From Clostridia bacterium (GTDB taxonomy: Bacteria; Bacillota; Clostridia; Christensenellales; CAG-138), in assembly GCA_017545535.1 (NCBI GenBank), contig JAFWMS010000002.1:31116-95115 (forward strand): a DNA stretch of 64,000 nt, given 5' to 3'. The notes below the pieces were generated by a model. It saw nothing but the letters and a program-made list of their open reading frames with translations. It made no database searches and had not been told where the DNA came from. The position numbers were made by a program, and so were the translations under genes. Shown here one piece after another: positions 49,180-56,961 of this stretch. Within the stretch, counting starts at the first letter, position 1; each line of letters opens with the position of its first letter.

Positions 49180-52100
49180 ATGTCAAAACCATTCCCCGAT
49201 ATAACATGGCCAGTCTTTGAAGTATGCAATGCGAATAAGACAAAAGCCTTTGAAGATATGACACGAAAGCTTTTTAATTCTTATTTGGCGGGAAATCAAA
49301 CGTTAGTTTCAGATGGGATTAATCCGGGAATTGAGGTATTGCCGGTTTTGGAACCTGAAGCAAAAGATGATGCGCAAAGAAGATGGATTAGTTTTCAATC
49401 TAAGTACTTTGAAAAAAACACGAATTATAAGGACATTCTGGATTCTGCAAAACAGATAGTTAAGCATTATAAAGGTAAACTTGATTTAGTGTATTTGTTT
49501 TGTAATAATTCCCTTAAGATCTCATGTGATGGATACAAATCAGTTAAAAATCTGCTTGCAGAGGCGGGAATAGAACTACACCCAATAACCAACGAAATGA
49601 TTCTTGATCTTGTTTCCAAGTATCCTGAAATATATAATTATTATTTTCGGCCAAGAGATATCCCCGATTGTTCTCATGATAATCAATCTAGTTTCACGAT
49701 TGATCAAATAGTGTATTCGCTGAAAAACAGCCTAGATGCTGGGAAAATGCCTCCGCAAGATCCTGCTCTTTTAGTTGGTCTTATTCAAGAGAAGCTTGAT
49801 GTTTGCCGAGGTTTTGTTCTTAATATGGAACTGGATCAATTAAAACAGGAATTAGAAAAACTATTTTCTCATGATTTATGCGGAGTTGAGGGAAGTGACA
49901 CCTTACTGTTTTATCAGAACATTCTGAATATACATGAAAGAAAACCCATTCAAAATACGAACACTGATTTGATGCATAATGCAGAAATTGAATGGTTGAA
50001 AGCATTTTATGAAAATACATATGCTATTTCATTTGAGGAGTTCAATAAATACTCGGATGAAATTAGAATTCTCGTAATAGACCAATTGTTTGTCACAAAG
50101 CATTGGAACACGATAATATCTCTTCATGATCAATCGCTTACTCTGGGGAGTGCATGGGAACAGATGGAGCTTTACTATGGCCTCTCACTCTTCAATCTGC
50201 AGCGTTATGAAGAAGCAAGTGCCGTATTACATGGTTTGTTTGAAAAAACTAAGTGTCCAGCGCATGAAATGTATTCTAAGTTTGCGGATATTCAAGTTAT
50301 AAACAGTTTGTTCAGAACAGGAATGAATGCAAATGCCGATATGCTTGCCGAACTGGTCTCTTCTTTAGATGCCTATAAATGCATTAAGCAATATCAAGCA
50401 TCTGATCTTTTGATAGCCTTGCTGACCTTGGAGTCGTATTGTTATCTTGGGTTATCAAAAAAAGAGTATTTGGAAAAGGCCATTTCAACATATGACTCTT
50501 TTTCTGAGAGTGTACGCCTTAATGATATCGTTCGATTCTACTATGCATTATCCGTTGAACTTAATGGGAACATAGATAAAGCGCTAGAACTATATGAAAC
50601 GATGGAATGGAAAGATGACGAAACCATTGCGTATAGATACCTGTTCTGCCTAATCATGATCGGGCAAACCGAAACAGCCTATCAGAAATTCTATCTATTA
50701 CATGATGTTGCAAAAACAGAAAGGATATATGCACTTTCTTTGCTTGCTCTTCATAAAACAGACGTACAGATGGCTCGAAGTCTAGCAAAGAAGTGGCTTG
50801 AAGGGCATTCCAGCGATTTTTTGAGTATTGTTTCATTCATCGTGTATGTGGAAGATCGCGAGATTATTTCTTCGTTGATAATGCCACAATTACATGAGCT
50901 TATGACAACAGAAAGAATATCTTGTTTACCTTTTCGTCAACGTATTGAACTGATTATTTGGTTAGCTCAAAACATTGAAATTGAATTGATGGAACAAGTA
51001 CTTAAAACGATTGATGATGTTAATAACCTGAATGAATCGACAATAGTAGGAATATACCGGTCTTTAGCAGCAGCATGTGAAAAACCGAATGTTTTTATCA
51101 ACCCGATTCTTGAACCAACTACTATAGCCAAGTCAATTGAAACAATTACTGACAGATTCCTTAATGCAGGGATAAACAGAGAATTGTTTTTGCGAATCAA
51201 AATAGCGTGTGTCAATGCCAGACAAAGTTATATTAGCGCATTACAGTATTCAAAAGAATTGTTTGAACTTACTCAAGACGAAACAACCGCTAAAAACATA
51301 ATTAGTATTCTGGTATTACGTAAAGATAGTAATGAAACTGATTATCACCCATATATTGACATTTTGAAGGATTCTGAAGAACCTGACCAATGCATTACTG
51401 TTGCAGCAGGTTTATTGATGATAGGAAAGGAACAAGAAGCTGATTTATACGCATATAAAGCTATTTACTATTTAAACGGAAAAGATGACTTCAGTATCTA
51501 CAATAGTTTCTTTCAACTTGATAGTTTCAAAATGAGGTGGTTACAGGAGGATGAAGTCGTGCCCATTCGTTCTTCAAAGGGAAATGTGATTGTTACCCTC
51601 GAAGCATCTTCTTCAACTACCCAAGAAGCAAAAATGGACGTATGCCTGGATTCAGAAAAAGAATTCTCGCAAGACGGAAATAGAAGCATGGGTGTCTGCC
51701 ATATAAACTCAACAGATACAGATTATCTCAAAATCAAAAGTGCTGGACTGAATCAAGTTATAAAGCTAAAAAACGGAACATTTCAAGTAAAAAGAATCAT
51801 CCCCAGGAAAAAATTCTGCAGGGCTTTTGTGTTTAGCAAATTGCAGGCAAACCAAGAGTATTTTTCTGGGGTGATTATTTCCACGTTGCCTGAAAACCCA
51901 AAGGAAGCAATAGAACAGCTCCGAAAGCTTAGCGACAGGTCTGAACAAGCAAATACGAACCTGAAGATGTATCATTTTGAAGATAGTACCAATCTTGGCC
52001 TGCCAATTGAAGTTGTTGGATTTATGGATTATGATCGCTATCTTGGTACATCAAAGTATTTATTATTTCAACCTGATGAAGCTTTTTATTCTGGTGAAGT

Positions 52101-52887
52101 TGTTTACAGGTTTGATAGTGGAGAAGGTTTGAAGTATGTCATTACACTTTCAACTCTTGTGCTACTTAGCATATTAAATAGACTTGATGTTCTGGATGTA
52201 ATTAAGCAGAACATTATTATTCCAAAGAGTTATCTTCCTTTTTTTCATGATTTATTTGAAAAGGCACTTAATGATCAAGCAATGGACGCCAAAACGCTCT
52301 ATTTCGATGGAGATAAAACCATATTGTCTGACCAAGACCCCACTATCCCCGAAATATGGGAACGGATAGTACGTTTCTGCGACGATTGCGAAACTTATGA
52401 AATAATAGATCAAGAACGAATAGATTATTACATTCAAGAGTCATTAAGAGGTGAAGACTTATTATCAGCATTCAAATTGAACGTTATTCAATTAGATGCT
52501 TTGATACTATCAAGCAGAGAGTCTGCGATGTATCTATGTGATGATCTCTTTTTTCGTAAATTAGCCAACTGGGCTGGCATCAAACACTGTAATACAGCTT
52601 CGCTCCTATTGCTACATGACGATCAAGAATATATCGATTCATTTGTGAAGGAACTATCAAAAACGAACTATATATATGTACCTTTGGCAGGGGTTTCATT
52701 CAGCACAATCCAAGCGATGCAGGATGATATGTTAACTGGTAAAAGAAAAAAAGAACTGAACGCAGGGTGGATCCATCAATACTATGCTGCAAGAGAAGCT
52801 GTTCTAAACGAATTAATTAAGGATGAATTGTTCCATATGCAAATAGTGGATAATACCGATGAGTCAGTGACGGATGATAATAGTTAA
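49180..52887 (+). CDS. Orphan 1235-aa protein: Mrr-like PD-(D/E)xK nuclease head, long TPR-like helical region, GreA/B-C-like beta domain, PIN-like C-terminal domain (candidate defence/conflict effector)
   Basis: aa 23-145: FEDMTRKLF..SDGINPGIEV..WISFQSKYF..LVYLFCNN..IELHPITNEMILDLV follows the Mrr_cat pattern. aa ~300-780 are helix-repeat rich. aa 791-875 have GreA C-terminal-like spacing. aa 985-1130 (KYVITLSTLVLL .. QLDALILSSRESAMYLCDDLFFRKLA) are PIN-like. No GxxxxGK[ST] is present. Confidence 0.55.
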   Translation: MSKPFPDITWPVFEVCNANKTKAFEDMTRKLFNSYLAGNQTLVSDGINPGIEVLPVLEPEAKDDAQRRWISFQSKYFEKNTNYKDILDSAKQIVKHYKGKLDLVYLFCNNSLKISCDGYKSVKNLLAEAGIELHPITNEMILDLVSKYPEIYNYYFRPRDIPDCSHDNQSSFTIDQIVYSLKNSLDAGKMPPQDPALLVGLIQEKLDVCRGFVLNMELDQLKQELEKLFSHDLCGVEGSDTLLFYQNILNIHERKPIQNTNTDLMHNAEIEWLKAFYENTYAISFEEFNKYSDEIRILVIDQLFVTKHWNTIISLHDQSLTLGSAWEQMELYYGLSLFNLQRYEEASAVLHGLFEKTKCPAHEMYSKFADIQVINSLFRTGMNANADMLAELVSSLDAYKCIKQYQASDLLIALLTLESYCYLGLSKKEYLEKAISTYDSFSESVRLNDIVRFYYALSVELNGNIDKALELYETMEWKDDETIAYRYLFCLIMIGQTETAYQKFYLLHDVAKTERIYALSLLALHKTDVQMARSLAKKWLEGHSSDFLSIVSFIVYVEDREIISSLIMPQLHELMTTERISCLPFRQRIELIIWLAQNIEIELMEQVLKTIDDVNNLNESTIVGIYRSLAAACEKPNVFINPILEPTTIAKSIETITDRFLNAGINRELFLRIKIACVNARQSYISALQYSKELFELTQDETTAKNIISILVLRKDSNETDYHPYIDILKDSEEPDQCITVAAGLLMIGKEQEADLYAYKAIYYLNGKDDFSIYNSFFQLDSFKMRWLQEDEVVPIRSSKGNVIVTLEASSSTTQEAKMDVCLDSEKEFSQDGNRSMGVCHINSTDTDYLKIKSAGLNQVIKLKNGTFQVKRIIPRKKFCRAFVFSKLQANQEYFSGVIISTLPENPKEAIEQLRKLSDRSEQANTNLKMYHFEDSTNLGLPIEVVGFMDYDRYLGTSKYLLFQPDEAFYSGEVVYRFDSGEGLKYVITLSTLVLLSILNRLDVLDVIKQNIIIPKSYLPFFHDLFEKALNDQAMDAKTLYFDGDKTILSDQDPTIPEIWERIVRFCDDCETYEIIDQERIDYYIQESLRGEDLLSAFKLNVIQLDALILSSRESAMYLCDDLFFRKLANWAGIKHCNTASLLLLHDDQEYIDSFVKELSKTNYIYVPLAGVSFSTIQAMQDDMLTGKRKKELNAGWIHQYYAAREAVLNELIKDELFHMQIVDNTDESVTDDNS

Positions 52888-52927
52888 AATATCACTCTAT
52901 CATTTACATATCGATCTTTAGACAATA

Positions 52928-53573
52928 CTATGCAAGTATTGGCACAACGCTCGTCTGTAAATCCGGTATTATACTAGAGATATCCGTATCTGGAGATAGC
53001 CATTCCTCTGCCCTACTGTAAGGCACAATAACCGGCATGCGCGGATGAATCTCCCGGATGTTGGATGCAGCATCCTGTGACAGTATAGAGAAGCAGGGCA
53101 GTCGCTGCTGATCGGATGTCTTAATGTACAGACCTGCCAAGTACAAAGGTTCTCGATTCTCAGCATAGAAAGCGTATTTATCTTTTTTGTTCTTGTCTGT
53201 CTTATGCCACTCAAAGTAGCAGGAGGCCGGAATCAGGCAGCGCCGGTCGTTGATGCTGGTGCAGAATAGCGCCTTTTGCGGTTTCGTTTTTCAGCTCCAG
53301 AGTTGCGGTTTCACTGCGGGTGTTAAATACCAGCATGCCTTTGGTTGGATGATTGAAACCCCATTGCATGGGGAACGCTCCAATCTTCCGATGAGCCGCG
53401 GATGGGGCAATGACCGGGGCTATACAGATTCCTTGATCCAAGAACGCGATGTTCATGAAGAGAAATTCCGCAAACCAAGCAGGAAATTCCACTCTGATTG
53501 GGAGCTTGCCAATTTCTGCCATGGTGGCGATTTGGACGAAGATTGATGACTTAATAATTGTATTTATTTCCAC
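52928..53573 (-). pseudogene. Decayed SOS-response-associated peptidase (SRAP/YedK-like) gene
   Basis: The upstream frame gives APVIAP..FPMQWGFN..VFNTRSETA. The downstream frame gives RRCLIPASCYFEW..LYLAGLY..FSILSQDAASNIREIHPRMPVIV. The frameshift is near the A5 run at ~53,290. The N-terminus reads KSSIF where the catalytic MCGRF is expected, and there is no Met start. Confidence 0.7.
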
Positions 53574-53602
53574 CGCCCCGCAGGGGATGACTGCGGGGCG
53601 GT
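53572..53602. other. Boundary hairpin H1
   Basis: ACCGCCCCGCAG-gggatga-CTGCGGGGCGGT, a perfect 12-bp stem, lies exactly at the AT-rich to GC-rich transition. Confidence 0.8.
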
Positions 53603-53653
53603 GCTATGTCAGCCGGAATATAGCCGCCGCGCCATTGATTTTTCCCGGGGAGG

Positions 53654-53662
53654 TGATATACT
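53654..53662 (+). promoter_or_regulatory. Extended -10 (TGaTATACT) upstream of the MATE gene
   Basis: Sequence match only. Confidence 0.4.
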
Positions 53663-53696
53663 TTTGTCAGCAAATCCATCCCGAGAGAGCGGCGAC

Positions 53697-55052
53697 ATGC
53701 AGAGTACCGACCACAAAACCAAACAGTATCTGATGACGGAGGGGCCCATCCACCAACGGGTCCTGCGCTACGCGATCCCGGTGTTCATCGGGTATCTGTT
53801 CCAGCAGCTGTACAACACCGCCGACGCGCTGATCGTGGGGAACCTGGTGGGGCGCAACGCCCTGGCCGCCGTGACCAGCACGGGCTCCATCGTCTATTTG
53901 GCCGTGGGCACCTTCACCGGGTTCTCCATGGGCGCGGGCATCGTGATCGCCCGGTATATCGGCGCGGAGGATTCGGAGAAGACCTCCCAGACCGTCCACA
54001 CGGCCGTGGCCATGGGGCTGTTCTTCAGCGTGCTCTTCACGGCGCTGGGGGTCCTGTTCTCGCCGGTGATCCTGCGTGCCATGGGTACGCCGGAGGACGT
54101 GTTCGCCGACGCGGCCCTGTATCTGAAGATCTATTTCGCAGGCTGCACAGGCCTGGTCATGTACAACATCTTCGTGGGCATCCTGCAGGCCAGCGGCGAC
54201 TCCACCCATCCCCTCTATTACCTCATCACCAGCTCCGCCATCAACGTGGTCCTGGACATCACCCTGATCGGCGTCTTTCACATGGGCGTGGACGGGGCGG
54301 CTCTCGCCACCATCGTGTCCCAGGGGATCGCCGCGCTGCTGGTCATGATCCGCCTGCTGCGCCAGTCCGGGGACATCCGCATCTCGTTCCGCAAGATCGG
54401 GTTCCACTGGCGGCGGCTCCGGGAGATCGTGCTGTTCGGCCTGCCCACAGCGGTGCAGAACACGGTGATCGACTTTTCCAACGTGCTCATTCAGTCCTAT
54501 ATCAACTCCTTCTCCGCCGCTGCCATGGCGGGCATCGGCGCCTATGCTAAGGTGGAGGGCTTCGCCTTCTTGCCGGTCACGGCTTTCTCCATGGCCATGG
54601 CCACCTTCATCTCCCAGAACATCGGCGCCCAGAAGCTGGACAGGGTGAAGGAGGGCATCCGCTTCGGCCTGCTCTGCTCCGTGGCGGCTGTGGAGGTCGT
54701 GGGGATCATCATGTTCCTCTTCGCGCCCCAGCTGGTGGCCGCCTTCAACCAGGACCCCAACGTCATCGCCTACGGGGTGCTCCGGGGCCGGGTCTGCTCC
54801 TTGTTCTTCTGCCTGCTGGGCTTTTCCCACGTGTCCGCCGCCGTGTTCCGGGGCCTGGGCAAGCCCATGGTGCCCATGCTGGTCATGCTGATCTGCTGGT
54901 GCGCCGTCCGGGTGCTGGTGCTGATGACCATCGGGCAGATCTACCACAACATCCTGCTGGCCTGCTGGATCTACCCTATCACCTGGGGCATGAGCACCGT
55001 CGTGGACCTTGTCTATCTCGGCCACGTGCGCAAGAAAGGGTACGCCCTGTAG
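53697..55052 (+). CDS. MATE-family transporter
   Basis: The likely start is ATG 53697 (ORF from 53601). RVLRYAIPVFIGYLFQQLYNTADALIVGNLVG is a MATE signature, with 12 TM helices. Confidence 0.8.
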   Translation: MQSTDHKTKQYLMTEGPIHQRVLRYAIPVFIGYLFQQLYNTADALIVGNLVGRNALAAVTSTGSIVYLAVGTFTGFSMGAGIVIARYIGAEDSEKTSQTVHTAVAMGLFFSVLFTALGVLFSPVILRAMGTPEDVFADAALYLKIYFAGCTGLVMYNIFVGILQASGDSTHPLYYLITSSAINVVLDITLIGVFHMGVDGAALATIVSQGIAALLVMIRLLRQSGDIRISFRKIGFHWRRLREIVLFGLPTAVQNTVIDFSNVLIQSYINSFSAAAMAGIGAYAKVEGFAFLPVTAFSMAMATFISQNIGAQKLDRVKEGIRFGLLCSVAAVEVVGIIMFLFAPQLVAAFNQDPNVIAYGVLRGRVCSLFFCLLGFSHVSAAVFRGLGKPMVPMLVMLICWCAVRVLVLMTIGQIYHNILLACWIYPITWGMSTVVDLVYLGHVRKKGYAL

Positions 55053-55145
55053 CGGGCAAAGCCCTTCAGTCTGGTAAAAAACTAAAGCAAAAAGGATACG
55101 CCCTGTGAGCGGCGTATCCTTTTCTGCAATCGTATTTGCGCTGCT

Positions 55146-55787
55146 TTAGTCCAGCAATCCCTTGTCGATGATCTGGAAGTTGGCCCGGTGGATATAGAGG
55201 GCCTTGCCGTCGATCATGAGCTTGGTGAACTTGGGCAGATCCTCCTGGACCTCCCAATAGACCTTGTTCCCGGAGAAAGCGTAGATGGGCGCGCCCATCT
55301 GGGACTTGATGACCACCACCATGGGCTTGCCGAAGGCGTTTTTGATGCTGTTCACCTTGCCGGCGATCAGCACCGAATCCATGATCCCCGACGAGGAGCT
55401 GTCGATGTCGTCCAGATAGAATTCATACTCCGGGGAAAGCCGCGTGTCGTAGAAGATGCAGGTGTCGCCGCAGGAAATGAGCTGCTTCCCGTCGATAGTT
55501 ATGGTGATGACGGAGCTCAGCGTCTTGGTGGTGAGCCAGCCGTTGGAATCCGAGGAATAGGACGTCTCCTCCACCACGTTGTTGTCGATGTCGATCTTCT
55601 CCCCGTGGGTCCTGAGAGTGCGGATGCCCATGTTGTCGAAGATGTCAATGTTGTATTCGTTTCCGAAGATGCTGCCGTGCAGGTCGTGGATGCCGCTTTT
55701 GAGCATGGAGCAGCCGGCTTGTCCCACCGCCAGCAGCAGAATCAGGACCAGTGTCGCGATCCTCCGTTTCATCTTTCCGCTTTTCAT
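55146..55787 (-). CDS. Lipoprotein of unknown function
   Basis: Lipobox LLLAVGQAGC. The 213-aa protein is beta-rich. Confidence 0.6.
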   Translation of the reverse strand: MKSGKMKRRIATLVLILLLAVGQAGCSMLKSGIHDLHGSIFGNEYNIDIFDNMGIRTLRTHGEKIDIDNNVVEETSYSSDSNGWLTTKTLSSVITITIDGKQLISCGDTCIFYDTRLSPEYEFYLDDIDSSSSGIMDSVLIAGKVNSIKNAFGKPMVVVIKSQMGAPIYAFSGNKVYWEVQEDLPKFTKLMIDGKALYIHRANFQIIDKGLLD

Positions 55788-55895
55788 ATCGTTTTCTCCC
55801 TTGATTCGTCGTTATCCATGAGGATACCCCCTGTTTCGACCCTTGTCAATGGGGAGCAAGAGCGATTCTTTTGACCTCTACACTCAAAAAAACAA

Positions 55896-55934
55896 AAATT
55901 ATAGGTTGATTTTATCCTATAATTTGCGTATACT
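55896..55934 (+). promoter_or_regulatory. phd-doc promoter with a 10-bp inverted-repeat operator
   Basis: AAATTATAGG at 55896-55905 and CCTATAATTT at 55916-55925 bracket -35 TTGATT (55906-55911). A 17-nt spacer leads to -10 TATACT at 55929-55934. Confidence 0.6.
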
Positions 55935-55951
55935 GTTTTCGGAGGTACGAT

Positions 55952-56203
55952 ATGAACATAGATACCAACACCATTGCCACCATGACGGAGGCGAATCAAA
56001 ACTTTTCCCGCGTGGCGAAGAAGGCGGATCAGTATGGGGAGGCCATCATATTCAAGAACAACCGGCCCAAGTATCGGCTGATCGATCTGGAACAGGCGGG
56101 ATCGTCCCCGGATCGGGAGCTTACAGACGATGAAAAGATCGACATCGTGGCCCGGCAGATCCTGAAGGAATACAAACCGGCCTTTTTGGAGCTTGCCAAA
56201 TGA
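55952..56203 (+). CDS. phd: Phd/YefM-type antitoxin
   Basis: 83 aa. TMTEANQNFSRVAKKADQYGEAIIFKNNRPKYRLIDLE matches the Phd/YefM N-domain. It overlaps doc by 4 nt. Confidence 0.8.
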   Translation: MNIDTNTIATMTEANQNFSRVAKKADQYGEAIIFKNNRPKYRLIDLEQAGSSPDRELTDDEKIDIVARQILKEYKPAFLELAK

Positions 56204-56580
56204 TTAAGTTTTCCAGAGAAAAGGTGCTGTTGCTGCACCAGCTGATCACGGAGGAAACGGGCGGCGACGCCGGAGTGCGGGATTTCGGCCTGCTGGATTC
56301 CGCCCTGGAGAATATTTACCAGACCTTTGATGGGCAGGAGCTCTATCCCACCAAGCAGGAGAAGGGGGCGCGCCTGGGGTACACCCTGATCTCCAACCAT
56401 GCCTTTGTGGACGGGAACAAGCGCATCGGCATGTATGTGATGCTGAGCTTTCTTCAGGTCAACGGCATCCATATCCACCCCTCCAACGAGGAAGTGGCCC
56501 GGGTGGGCCTCGCCGTGGCGTCCGGAACCATGAGCTGCGAGGAGCTCCTCGCCTGGATCGTGGAGAATTCGGCGGAGTAG
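56200..56580 (+). CDS. doc: Doc (death-on-curing) Fic-fold toxin
   Basis: 126 aa with the Fic/Doc motif HAFVDGNKRIG. Confidence 0.85.
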   Translation: MIKFSREKVLLLHQLITEETGGDAGVRDFGLLDSALENIYQTFDGQELYPTKQEKGARLGYTLISNHAFVDGNKRIGMYVMLSFLQVNGIHIHPSNEEVARVGLAVASGTMSCEELLAWIVENSAE

Positions 56581-56608
56581 AGAGTAAGCATCGAAGGCCT
56601 GATTTGCC

Positions 56609-56683
56609 ATCTTTACTTTCTGGGTGCTTATCTCCGAGAAAAGTAAAGATTTTTCATCAGTTTTTGCCAAAAAAGTAAAGATT
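56609..56683. repeat. AAGTAAAGAT inverted plus direct repeat cluster
   Basis: ATCTTTACTTTC at 56609-56620 is inverted relative to GAAAAGTAAAGAT at 56638-56650. A third, direct copy AAAAAAGTAAAGATT lies at 56669-56683. Confidence 0.7.
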
Positions 56684-56702
56684 CCACCCAAAACCATGAT
56701 AA

Positions 56703-56729
56703 GCCCCGCAGGGAAATCCCCTGCGGGGC
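56703..56729. other. Boundary hairpin H2
   Basis: GCCCCGCAGGG-aaatc-CCCTGCGGGGC lies directly downstream (minus sense) of the recombinase remnant. Confidence 0.8.
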
Positions 56730-56737
56730 GTTAGCGT

Positions 56738-56820
56738 TTAGGGTTCCGTATCGGGCGGGTTGTCGTCCGCCTCGGCGGGTTGGGCAGTCTTTGGGGCGGG
56801 CATTTTAGGCTTGTGTTCTT
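56738..56820 (-). pseudogene. 3'-terminal remnant (~26 codons plus stop) of a second serine-recombinase gene
   Basis: The minus frame reads EHKPKMPAPKTAQPAEADDNPPDTEP*. The intact recombinase ends EKRKPKMAAAKAAQPPEPNDDPPAPEL*. The DNA is alignable to 59710-59795, and homology is lost at ~56,822. Confidence 0.75.
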
Positions 56821-56907
56821 ACCAACAGGCGATATATCAAGGTTTCCCCATATTCTTTTCCCTGAAATAGAAAATTACCAATTATCCTATACATAACGCT
56901 TTTAAAC

Positions 56908-56916
56908 TGCTATAAT
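56908..56916 (+). promoter_or_regulatory. Extended -10 (TGcTATAAT) upstream of the DUF262 gene
   Basis: Sequence match. SD taggagaag precedes ATG 56962. Confidence 0.45.
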
Positions 56917-56961
56917 TTAGCAAAGAGAGACATGTAGTTTTTCAGAATATAGGAGAAGAAA

